Part shown: one piece after another, positions 1 through 7,710 of the stretch
How positions within the stretch are numbered: position 1 is the first letter of the stretch
How the letters are laid out: each line of letters opens with the position of its first letter
DNA from: an uncultured virus (IMG/VR IMGVR_UViG_3300037499_000085)
Taxonomy: Duplodnaviria; Heunggongvirae; Uroviricota; Caudoviricetes
Direction: 5' to 3' (one strand)
Length of the DNA stretch: 20,000 bases
Virus record (IMG/VR): IMGVR_UViG_3300037499_000085
Translations under genes and position numbers: made by a program
The notes under the pieces: generated by a model
Databases searched by the model: none
What the model saw: the letters and a program-made list of their open reading frames with translations, nothing else
What the model was told of the DNA's origin: nothing

Positions 1-1025
1 ATGGCGTCAGCAGCGGTCAGGCTGACCACACTGCCACCGACGGCCGCGACACCCGTGACGACGCCCTCGGGGTTCGGCGGAGTGCCGTTGCCGATGATGA
101 ACGCCGTGGCCTCTTCGGTGTCCTTGGCTTCGGCGAACATGGTCGCCAGCTCGCCGCGCATCTGCGACCAGTCCTGGTCGATCTCGAAGCTGAACGGGAC
201 GAAGCCCTGCACGCGAGACGGCGTGACGGTCGGCTGTGCAATCGTCGGCGCGTTGTCTCCGGCTTCAGCCGCTTCCGCCGCACGGGACACGGTGATCCCG
301 GCCGACGTGACGCCCTGCCACTGCTTGCCCACGATCTGGACCACGCGGGCGATCTGCCGGATCGGGTTGACCACTCCGGCGTCCGTGAGGATCACGGAGG
401 GGTCCAGGTTGAACGGGACCGCGAAACCGCCGGTCGTGGTCGCGCCGACGGCCAGCGCCGCACGCTCTTCGTTCGAGAGACCGTTCAGGGATCCCGCGAG
501 GGCCGCCTTGCCGAACGCCCGGTCGTACACCGCAGAGCCGGTCTGGAGGATGCCGCGCGCGAGGGTGCCGTCCTTGTCGTCCACCCGGCGAAGCAGCCGT
601 TCGATGTGGCCGCGCGTGGCGTCCTCGTCGTTGACCGAGTCGTAGTGGTTCATCTCGACGGCGCGGAGAGCGTTGTCCCGCATGGCGCGGGTCAGGTCGT
701 CCACGTTGCGCGCATCGCGGCGCAGGGCCGTGATGTCGTAGATGTTCTCTGCGGTGCGCTTCTTGATCACGTTGGGCGGGGAGAACGGCGTGCCGTCCTC
801 GGTTGAGCTGGAACCCGCCAGGGCCGCGAGACGCTGGGCACGCGCGTTGGCCGCCGCGATGCTCGCGGTGTGCTCCTCGTACTCCGCGCTGATCGAGTCC
901 CACTCGGTCTGCCGCTCCTCAGGGAGGACCGCGCCGTTGTACTCCGCGTCGAGTTCCTGGAGCCGGGTCCGGATCTCTGCCTGGCGCTGCTCGCGCTCAG
1001 ACACCGTCATGGTCAGCTCGTCCAT
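1..1025 (-). CDS. Major capsid protein (HK97 fold with N-terminal coiled-coil delta domain), internal in-frame start, partial
   Basis: AAGGAG 7 nt upstream of ATG 1025, in frame with 2399 (1374 nt = 458 codons). Begins MDELTMTVSEREQRQAEIRTRLQELDAEY (coiled coil), followed by HK97 capsid motifs. Confidence 0.8.
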   Translation of the reverse strand, partial: MDELTMTVSEREQRQAEIRTRLQELDAEYNGAVLPEERQTEWDSISAEYEEHTASIAAANARAQRLAALAGSSSTEDGTPFSPPNVIKKRTAENIYDITALRRDARNVDDLTRAMRDNALRAVEMNHYDSVNDEDATRGHIERLLRRVDDKDGTLARGILQTGSAVYDRAFGKAALAGSLNGLSNEERAALAVGATTTGGFAVPFNLDPSVILTDAGVVNPIRQIARVVQIVGKQWQGVTSAGITVSRAAEAAEAGDNAPTIAQPTVTPSRVQGFVPFSFEIDQDWSQMRGELATMFAEAKDTEEATAFIIGNGTPPNPEGVVTGVAAVGGSVVSLTAADA

Positions 1026-2399
1026 ACGAGCACTCCTTTGAACTGCCTCTGCCTTCGGGGGAGTTGGAGTGCTTACGCGGCTCCGAGGTACTGCGGGAGC
1101 GGCGGCTGCGGCCTTGGCCGGAGTGCCCTGCGCCGGAACGACCGGCGGGGTGGTCGTGCTCTTCTTCTCGTCGTCCGGGATAGAGATCCCGAACTTCTTC
1201 GCAGCGGCCTTGATCTTGTCCTTGATGGGACCAAGGTGCTCCGGGGAGTACTTGCCCGCGTTGTCCGGCTGGTTGATGTAGGACCATGCTGCCTGAACAT
1301 GATCCTTCGAGTCCAGCGGGTAGCGCTTCTTCTTGTCTTTCTGGTATCCGGGGTCAGCATACGGCACGTCACCGTAGGGCTTCGCCGGATCGGCCGCGCG
1401 AACCCATTCCACAGCCTCATCCGGGGTGTACCCGGACCCGAGCAGGGCGGTCAGGTAATCGGTGTGGGACCGGACGTCGTCCAGGGGGGTCTCCACCGGG
1501 GGCATGACCTCTGTTACCTGGTCCTCGGTGTACCCGGCGTCCACCAGGGCTATGACCACCTGGGACCGGGCGGTAAGAAGCGCGCACGCTCCGACACATC
1601 CGCAACCTTCACAGTGGCAGTACACCCCACGGGCGCACTCACAGTTTTCGGACCGGCCGGGCTCGTTGTCCACCTTGGCCAGCGCCCGCGCTGCTGCCAC
1701 CGTTTCGCGCGTCTCTCGTGCCGACCTGAGCGCCGTCTCGAACTCTTCCGGCCGCCGCCGCTTGAGCGCCTCGTAGTACTCATCGGTGGTCGACCGCAGA
1801 CCGGCCGACGACTCCGCGTTAGCGGGGAACATCGTCGGTCCGAACTCCATGACCTTGACTTCCTTCACGGTCCGCTCGGGGATCCCGTTCGGGTTGGAGC
1901 TGGAGCGCTCGGGCTCTTCGATCCACTCGTCCTGTAGGACCCGGAAGCGGAACGACGATCCGTACGCACCAGCTTCCAGCGCGGGCCGGAGGTCGCGCAC
2001 GTAGGACGTGTCAAGCAGCGGCACCTCGTACCGAGCGCCGTGGCCGTCCTCTTCCAGGACCCGGGGCACACCGAGGGGCTTGTCAGCCACTTGCGGGTCA
2101 TGGCCGTGTTCGAGGAGAACCTTGATCTTCTCGCCCGCGTTCTTCCGGGCCGCGTCGTCGTTGAAGGTCTTCTTGAACGCGCCGGACGCGATGCGCTCAA
2201 GGAACCGGCCCTCGAACTGCGAGTTGATCTCGTACCAATTGCCGAACGCCGAGAAGTGGCCTTCCATCACGTGGACGTCCGGGCCACCGTCCTTCTCCGC
2301 GCGTTCCAGGCGTACCTCGCCGAGATCCGACTGTGTACGGCATACCGGAACCGGAAGCCTGACAGGAGGACCCTCGATCGTCTCGATTTGATCGGTCAT
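1..2399 (-). CDS. Prohead protease (HK97-type) + Cys-rich segment + DUF6582-like domain + major capsid protein, one continuous ORF, 3' end outside the window
   Basis: Manual translation from ATG 2399 (ATGA overlap with the upstream ORF) has no stop to the window edge, which explains its absence from the ORF track. Protease motifs: MEGHFSAFGNWYEI, FLERIASGAFKKT, VLLEHGHD, YGSSFRFRV, EFGPTMFPA. Then KPYGDVPYADPGYQKDKKKRYPLD...AAWSYIN, then capsid motifs GGFAVPFNLDPSVIL, NPIRQIARV, QGFVPFSFEI. Confidence 0.9.
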   Translation of the reverse strand, partial: MTDQIETIEGPPVRLPVPVCRTQSDLGEVRLERAEKDGGPDVHVMEGHFSAFGNWYEINSQFEGRFLERIASGAFKKTFNDDAARKNAGEKIKVLLEHGHDPQVADKPLGVPRVLEEDGHGARYEVPLLDTSYVRDLRPALEAGAYGSSFRFRVLQDEWIEEPERSSSNPNGIPERTVKEVKVMEFGPTMFPANAESSAGLRSTTDEYYEALKRRRPEEFETALRSARETRETVAAARALAKVDNEPGRSENCECARGVYCHCEGCGCVGACALLTARSQVVIALVDAGYTEDQVTEVMPPVETPLDDVRSHTDYLTALLGSGYTPDEAVEWVRAADPAKPYGDVPYADPGYQKDKKKRYPLDSKDHVQAAWSYINQPDNAGKYSPEHLGPIKDKIKAAAKKFGISIPDDEKKSTTTPPVVPAQGTPAKAAAAAPAVPRSRVSTPTPPKAEAVQRSARMDELTMTVSEREQRQAEIRTRLQELDAEYNGAVLPEERQTEWDSISAEYEEHTASIAAANARAQRLAALAGSSSTEDGTPFSPPNVIKKRTAENIYDITALRRDARNVDDLTRAMRDNALRAVEMNHYDSVNDEDATRGHIERLLRRVDDKDGTLARGILQTGSAVYDRAFGKAALAGSLNGLSNEERAALAVGATTTGGFAVPFNLDPSVILTDAGVVNPIRQIARVVQIVGKQWQGVTSAGITVSRAAEAAEAGDNAPTIAQPTVTPSRVQGFVPFSFEIDQDWSQMRGELATMFAEAKDTEEATAFIIGNGTPPNPEGVVTGVAAVGGSVVSLTAADA

Positions 2400-2539
2400 G
2401 CTGCGCCCCCCTTCGGGGCCTGCTCGGACTGCGGGTCCTTGGATGACGGTAGCTGATCGGCTTTCTTCTCCGATCCCGGGGGTTTGATGTTCTTTCTATG
2501 GATCTTGATGTTGTCGGCCGCCCAGACGAATCGGTCCAT
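2396..2539 (-). CDS. 47-aa hypothetical protein (MDRFVWAADNIKIHRKNIKPPGSEKKADQLPSSKDPQSEQAPKGGAA)
   Basis: GGAG just upstream of ATG 2539. Fills the portal-protease gap. Its TGA overlaps the protease ATG (ATGA). Not in the ORF track, probably because of its size. Confidence 0.7.
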   Translation of the reverse strand: MDRFVWAADNIKIHRKNIKPPGSEKKADQLPSSKDPQSEQAPKGGAA

Positions 2540-2562
2540 GTCTCCGTGATCTTTCTTACTGG

Positions 2563-4578
2563 TCACAGGACCACCTCTACGTCGTATCCGTCATCGGTGA
2601 CGGCCGTCACCCGGTACGTCGTTCCGGGTGGCAGGATCCATTCGTCTTCGTTCCCGTGAGAATAGACCGAATAGACTTCCAGCACTTGAGTGCCCTTCGG
2701 CATCGTGATGTTCAGGGTGTCCCCCTTGGACCCTTCCCCGCGCATCATCGGAGCCATGGCGAAGAGATCCGCTATCGCTTCGTCCGTGGTGCTACTGGTG
2801 AAACCGCGATCATCGAACTCGTCTCCGACGTTCATGTCCGGGAGCTTGTTGCCACCCCGGAGAACGGTCGTATCTTCGGCCAGAGGTTTTTGGATATTGA
2901 TCAAGTCATTCAGTGCGCGGGCCGACTCCCTCTCCCCCTCCTCCGTCATGCCCTTCACCGGCCTGCCCTTCCGCAGGTAGGCGTTCACGGTCGGGGCATC
3001 TATGTAGTCCTCCAGCGCCTGAAGCTGCTCTTCTTCGGTGTAGTCGGCAGAGCCGAGAGAACCGCCACGAGGCGGACCCAGTTGACGCAGACCACCACGG
3101 CCCCGGTTCCCGGGGTGGAGTTTGTGGTACCCGGGGTCCCCCAGACTGCCGTGCCGTTCACTGGCCCTGCCCGGTGCTTTTGGGGTGTCGTCATCACCCG
3201 GCGGGAGTTCCTTCGGCTCTTCTCCGGGCGGAAGCTCCGGAGCACTGCCGTCAGGAGGTGTCTCCCCGTCGGGTGTCTCACCCGGAGCGAGCAACTGCAC
3301 CGAAACCAGGCCGGTGTGCTGGAGCAGCGTGACGTCACCGGCCGCCACAGCCTTCACAGACGATTCCGGAGTGAAACCACCCTGCACGAACTTGATCACG
3401 GATGCCGAGTTTTCCGCCATGATTTTGGCAGCTTCTAGCTGATCAGTGCGCAGGAACGCGATGTCCCGGTCGTCGTACCACAGACGTACGGACCGGCTCG
3501 ACGTAGGCATAGGAGTGATCGACTGGTAGGCAGCGGATACCGACTGCCACAAGGACCGGAGAGTCTTGTCCGCGAAAGATTCTTTCGCGCTCTTGTAGTT
3601 GCCCGAGTTGAGGCTCGACCCCTGCATGCCCTCGGAGAACCCGACCACCACGGACGGCACTCCGGCGGCGGCAGCGATACGTGTTTCTCCGCTTCCCTGC
3701 ACCGACTTGAAGTCCATCTGAATCATGTTCGCGCCGACGATACTGACGTCCGTGCCGCCACCGAGGTACATCGTTTTGTAGGCGTTTTCGATGCCCCCGT
3801 TGGACGCCTCGAAGGCTTCCATCAGCTCTAGGAACTGGGCTTTGGTAACGGTGTCCTTGACGGACACTGCCAGCTTGGGGGTGGCCGCGTTCGATACAAA
3901 CTTGGCCTTGTGATCGGTGTACGCCTTGTCAGCCTGAATCTCCCGGAGCACCGGCGTCAGCCACGACATGCCCCGGTACTGCGCTTCCGGGTCCGGGATG
4001 GGAGACCAGTGCGCCATTTCCTCGGGGAAGTAGATCTTCGGGGCACCGTTGTTGATGCCGCCGGGGTAATACGCGTACCCGACCACATCGGATTCAACGG
4101 CCTGGTCCGGCGGGGCGCTCAGCAAGATCTGTACCCAGTCCGGCCGGAGCCGTCGGAGCCGGTCCTTCTCACGCACCACGTAGTGATTCCCGGAGAGATC
4201 TGCGTCCTGAATCGCACGGGACAGAAGTTCACCGGTCGTGCCGTTCGGCCATGGGTTCTCCAGCAATGCCAGCGACGCCGATCCGAAAAGATCGCCCGGC
4301 CGTCCGTTCGTGATCCGCTGGAACTGGAACCGAGCCTGTGAGAACACCGATCGCCGTGCCTCCATACACGCGAACACGATGCCGTTGCTCTTGTACAGGC
4401 CGTGGATGTAGCCGAGAAAAGAATTCTCGATCGATTCGGTATCGTTCGAAGTGGTAGTGCCGGACAGCAGATAGCCGAGACCCTGGTAGGTCATTTGCTC
4501 GTACCATTCGGCCATGGAGATGACCGGGTCCCCGCGCTCTTCCGGCCGTCCGAGAAGGGACCGCCATAGCTTAGCCAT
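2563..4578 (-). CDS. HK97-family portal protein with C-terminal VIP2-like (R-S-E) ADP-ribosyltransferase domain
   Basis: Portal motifs VFACMEARRSVFS, LLENPWPNGT, GNHYV, RLRPDWV, YRGMSWL, ETRIAAAAGVPSVVVG, and position after TerL. A Pro/Glu/Gly linker leads to ALEDY...VNAYLR...VLRG...GFTSSTTD...LNITMPKG...NEDEWILPPGTTYRV. Confidence 0.9.
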   Translation of the reverse strand: MAKLWRSLLGRPEERGDPVISMAEWYEQMTYQGLGYLLSGTTTSNDTESIENSFLGYIHGLYKSNGIVFACMEARRSVFSQARFQFQRITNGRPGDLFGSASLALLENPWPNGTTGELLSRAIQDADLSGNHYVVREKDRLRRLRPDWVQILLSAPPDQAVESDVVGYAYYPGGINNGAPKIYFPEEMAHWSPIPDPEAQYRGMSWLTPVLREIQADKAYTDHKAKFVSNAATPKLAVSVKDTVTKAQFLELMEAFEASNGGIENAYKTMYLGGGTDVSIVGANMIQMDFKSVQGSGETRIAAAAGVPSVVVGFSEGMQGSSLNSGNYKSAKESFADKTLRSLWQSVSAAYQSITPMPTSSRSVRLWYDDRDIAFLRTDQLEAAKIMAENSASVIKFVQGGFTPESSVKAVAAGDVTLLQHTGLVSVQLLAPGETPDGETPPDGSAPELPPGEEPKELPPGDDDTPKAPGRASERHGSLGDPGYHKLHPGNRGRGGLRQLGPPRGGSLGSADYTEEEQLQALEDYIDAPTVNAYLRKGRPVKGMTEEGERESARALNDLINIQKPLAEDTTVLRGGNKLPDMNVGDEFDDRGFTSSTTDEAIADLFAMAPMMRGEGSKGDTLNITMPKGTQVLEVYSVYSHGNEDEWILPPGTTYRVTAVTDDGYDVEVVL

Positions 4579-4738
4579 CAGGCTTGTCCTCCTCGCGTTC
4601 GTCCACCAGTAGCGGCACGCCGATCAGGACCGAGAGACCAGTACCGAAGAGAGCCCACGGTCCGAAGATCCAGGTGAGTCCCGTCGCGATCATAGCAACC
4701 GAAATCAGAACGAAGATCAGGGCTTCACGATGAGTCAC
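4571..4738 (-). CDS. Small two-helix membrane protein (55 aa)
   Basis: GTG 4738 overlaps the TerL stop (GTGA). Hydrophobic segments ALIFVLISVAMIATGLTWIF and WALFGTGLSVLIGVPLLV. Similar genes commonly lie between terL and portal in actinophages. Confidence 0.7.
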   Translation of the reverse strand: MTHREALIFVLISVAMIATGLTWIFGPWALFGTGLSVLIGVPLLVDEREEDKPDG

Positions 4739-6375
4739 CTCGTCACCACCCACGGGGCAGTCGGCTCATGGTCACTCGATTTGGTCTGGAAGCCCCATAC
4801 CGCGAGTGTGGCTGCGACAAGCGGAGAAATGTCGGTCGTGGTGTTCTTGCGGTCCCATGCCCACAGTTCTGCGAGATCGCGCTTCGCCGCGCCGGAAACC
4901 GCAAGCGTCATGGGCAACTGATCCCGGTGCGCGAGTAGCTGGGGCTGACCATTCGTAGTCATGATCGCGGAACCGAACCACCCGCACGCTTGCGCGTAAT
5001 CCCGCGCCGTAGGGCATGTGACTTCCATGCCGCGCCGCTTCATCACACTGCCGTCCTTCTCAAGATCCTTGATCAGTGAACCCGCCTGACTGGCCCTGTC
5101 GATCACGATGGCACACGGATTCCAGCGTTCGATCAGCTCCTCCACACGGGCCACCACCCATCGGTCGCCCGGCCGGTGGTCCAGCTCGTCAGCGCCGGTG
5201 ATCTCGATATGCGCGAGGCCGTCCTGGTTGATACCGGCCACCACGATGCATGCATACCGCCGGTCCGGCGTCATGTCGATGGCGAAAGCGACCGGCGCGA
5301 CCGGCGACGAGGTGGGATCCGCGCAGGTTTTCCAGGCCGCTTCGCTGATCACAAGCCACGCGTCATCTTCCACCGGCCAGTCACCGAGACCGAGGCGCTC
5401 CCGGTCGAATTCCTCGGGGTCCATCTGCCGCTTCTCGGCCTCGATGTGCTCGAAGGACTGCTGTGCATCGTTCACACCGCCGATCCGGATACCCCATCCC
5501 GGATTGGCTTTGGCGTACGAGCGGATGAGTCGGTTGGTCTTCCGGATGATCTCTTCCTCAGTCATTCCGGGCCGGACCTTGAAACGCTTCTGGTCGTGCT
5601 CCTCGCAATTCTCGGGGCAGAACTGTGAGCACTCCTCCGCCGACCATTCCAGAAACGACACACGAGGTTCGCCGCGCATGCCGCGCCTCCGCAGCCTGCC
5701 GAGCGCGGTCGAGTGCTTCATACCGGCAGATCCCGCGTAGATCACCTGCGGGTTAGGAACAGCGGACAGGGTCGGGAGAATCGCGCCGACCGTGACGCCG
5801 CTGAGGATCATCGCTTCATTGAAGATCAGACAGTCGCACGTCCAGCCACGGCCGCCGCCCTCGGTGCGCGTACGGAAGCGCAACTCGCGCTTGACCCCGT
5901 CCCGGATGATCTCGAAACCTTCCTTGCCGTGGCTCCGGCTGACGCTGCCCTTGTGAGTGACGAGAAACCGGTCGAGATCCGGCGATGCCATGATCAGTTC
6001 TTCCACCCGCTGGAAGTGCCTCAGCGATGTGTCGAACAGGTGCGCCGAGTGGATGATCAGCTCGTCGTCTTCCGCGAGAAACAGGCCGAACAGCTCACGC
6101 GCTTCGAGGACTACGTCCTTGCCGTTCTGACGTCCGGCGATCAGCCCGAACTCCTTGGAAGCCCACCGGCCGTCATCCTGTACGCCAAGCAGCTCATCAA
6201 GCGCGAGGGCTTCCCACGGGTCCATGGTGAGGCCCGCCATTTCGGCAAGTTCGACAGCTTCCCGACCACGCGTACTGATCTTGGGCGGAACACAGTAGAC
6301 CCGGGGCGTCTGGTCCCCCATCTCGGGAAGAACGAGCCTCGGATCCCACGGGCTGATGTGATCAAGAAGAGCCAT
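4735..6375 (-). CDS. terL: Terminase large subunit
   Basis: Walker A region GRQNGKD, IIHSAH, FRTRTEGGGRG, Walker B LIFNEA, coupling motif YAGSA, nuclease AFAIDM and C-terminal DISPLVAAT. Lies directly upstream of the portal. Confidence 0.95.
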   Translation of the reverse strand: MALLDHISPWDPRLVLPEMGDQTPRVYCVPPKISTRGREAVELAEMAGLTMDPWEALALDELLGVQDDGRWASKEFGLIAGRQNGKDVVLEARELFGLFLAEDDELIIHSAHLFDTSLRHFQRVEELIMASPDLDRFLVTHKGSVSRSHGKEGFEIIRDGVKRELRFRTRTEGGGRGWTCDCLIFNEAMILSGVTVGAILPTLSAVPNPQVIYAGSAGMKHSTALGRLRRRGMRGEPRVSFLEWSAEECSQFCPENCEEHDQKRFKVRPGMTEEEIIRKTNRLIRSYAKANPGWGIRIGGVNDAQQSFEHIEAEKRQMDPEEFDRERLGLGDWPVEDDAWLVISEAAWKTCADPTSSPVAPVAFAIDMTPDRRYACIVVAGINQDGLAHIEITGADELDHRPGDRWVVARVEELIERWNPCAIVIDRASQAGSLIKDLEKDGSVMKRRGMEVTCPTARDYAQACGWFGSAIMTTNGQPQLLAHRDQLPMTLAVSGAAKRDLAELWAWDRKNTTTDISPLVAATLAVWGFQTKSSDHEPTAPWVVTR

Positions 6376-6821
6376 TACTGAACGCGCCTGCCCCGCCGAC
6401 GGCCGTTGCCGTCACGACGGGGTGCGCCCATGGATCCGGGCCGCCGAGCCGCCAGCTCGTCATACGCGGAAGCCGTGGCCGGATGCTCCGGCGCCTTCGA
6501 GGCGTCCACCTCTTCGATTCCCTGCGCCTTCATGATCTGCTTAACGAGCGACGAGGCCACCTCGACCGACCGGTTGTCGCCGTTGCTGGCCTTGACCCAT
6601 ACACCGGCCAGCAACCGGGAAAGCCGGGCCATGCTGAGCGATCGACTGGCCGCCGGAGACAGAGCGTCGACCGGATTCTCAGTGAGCGCCTGCTCGATAT
6701 CTCCGATGGCTTCTGCTCGGTCGGCGTAACCGCATTCCGTGGCGATCGACTCCCAGTCGACTCCCGCCAGAGCGAAGCCAAGGGCCCGCTTCCTGCGCCG
6801 CTGAAGCGCTTCAGTCTCCAT
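6375..6821 (-). CDS. terS: Probable terminase small subunit (N-terminal HTH)
   Basis: RRKRALGFALAGVDWESIATECGY HTH-like N-terminus, helical core, C-terminal YDELAARR motif, and TAATG coupling to terL. Confidence 0.7.
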   Translation of the reverse strand: METEALQRRRKRALGFALAGVDWESIATECGYADRAEAIGDIEQALTENPVDALSPAASRSLSMARLSRLLAGVWVKASNGDNRSVEVASSLVKQIMKAQGIEEVDASKAPEHPATASAYDELAARRPGSMGAPRRDGNGRRRGRRVQ

Positions 6822-7710
6822 CGCGCATCACCCCTTTGGTCCGTTCACGGTACGCGATGGCACGCTGGTTCTCGTCTGCCTCGCTGCCACACTTGGTCAT
6901 CGCGGCACGCATGTAGGCGACCAACGAGATCCGCTCTGCATCGCAGGTGTCGCAGAACCGTGTCCGGCGCGCACCGCACGCACAGATGATCGCAGTATTC
7001 CCGTGCCACTGGTGCGCGTCCATGAGGATCAAATCGCCGTCCTGGAGATCGACGCCTACCCGGTACTCCGGAAACACGAACCGGCCGCCGGTGTACGAAC
7101 CGCGCCGGATGACCCCGAGCGTGCTGAATCCCTTGTCAAGGTCGCCTTTGTCGGTGTGCACACCGGTCGGGTAGGTGTTGTTCACGGTGATGGTGGTGAA
7201 CGGCGTACCGGGTACCACCCAATCCTGATGCGTGGCGTTGATCTCTTCCATCTGCGCCTCGTACCGGTCCGGAACGTACTGATGCAGCTTCACGGCGATC
7301 TGTTGGAGCATCGGCTGCAACAGTTCCCACTCCGGCAGGTGCTTGCCGGTCCAGGCGGTGAGTCGGCAGTACGGGAACCTACGGCTCTCGTCCATGACCC
7401 CGAGGATATTGCTGGACACCCTCATGGCCCGGTTCTGCTTACCGACCACGGTCAGTTTCTTGGAGCCGCTGGCCATGGCCCGGTTGTCGGTCAGCTCGCC
7501 CCGGAAGGAGTGCAGTACGGCGTACTGTTCCGCGCTCACATGGTCCTTCAGAACCCCGGGGAGATAGACGCAGAGCAGCTTGCCGTCCGGCATGTAGACC
7601 CGGCTCGGGCCGGTAAGCAGGACGTTGAATGCATCGTCCCCGACCACCCGGCCGATCTTGGTATCCAGCTCTTCTGTGGACACCCGGGACCTGACCCTGA
7701 CACTGATCAT
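6811..7710 (-). CDS. TET/JBP-family 2OG-Fe(II) dioxygenase (5-methylpyrimidine hydroxylase)
   Basis: YCRLTAWT, TPFTTITVNN, HxD (HTDKGD), GGRFVFPEY, distal His (HQWHGNT) and 2OG-binding Arg (ERISLVAY, compare TET RISLVFY). Start placed at ATG 7710 by the ATGA overlap. Confidence 0.9.
   Translation of the reverse strand: MISVRVRSRVSTEELDTKIGRVVGDDAFNVLLTGPSRVYMPDGKLLCVYLPGVLKDHVSAEQYAVLHSFRGELTDNRAMASGSKKLTVVGKQNRAMRVSSNILGVMDESRRFPYCRLTAWTGKHLPEWELLQPMLQQIAVKLHQYVPDRYEAQMEEINATHQDWVVPGTPFTTITVNNTYPTGVHTDKGDLDKGFSTLGVIRRGSYTGGRFVFPEYRVGVDLQDGDLILMDAHQWHGNTAIICACGARRTRFCDTCDAERISLVAYMRAAMTKCGSEADENQRAIAYRERTKGVMRDGD

Noticed and set aside
1..645. Plus-strand 214-aa ORF, and the many other long plus-strand ORFs (e.g. 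870-1937, 8750-10045, 13665-15131, 16029-17222)
   Set aside because: Antisense shadows of well-supported minus-strand genes in GC-rich DNA, with no recognisable motifs.
17..2200. Short minus-strand ORFs in the track (17-283, 265-903, 997-1287, 1073-1420, 1550-1783, 1865-2200)
   Set aside because: Off-frame overlaps of the protease-capsid ORF, which the track omits because it has no stop in the window.
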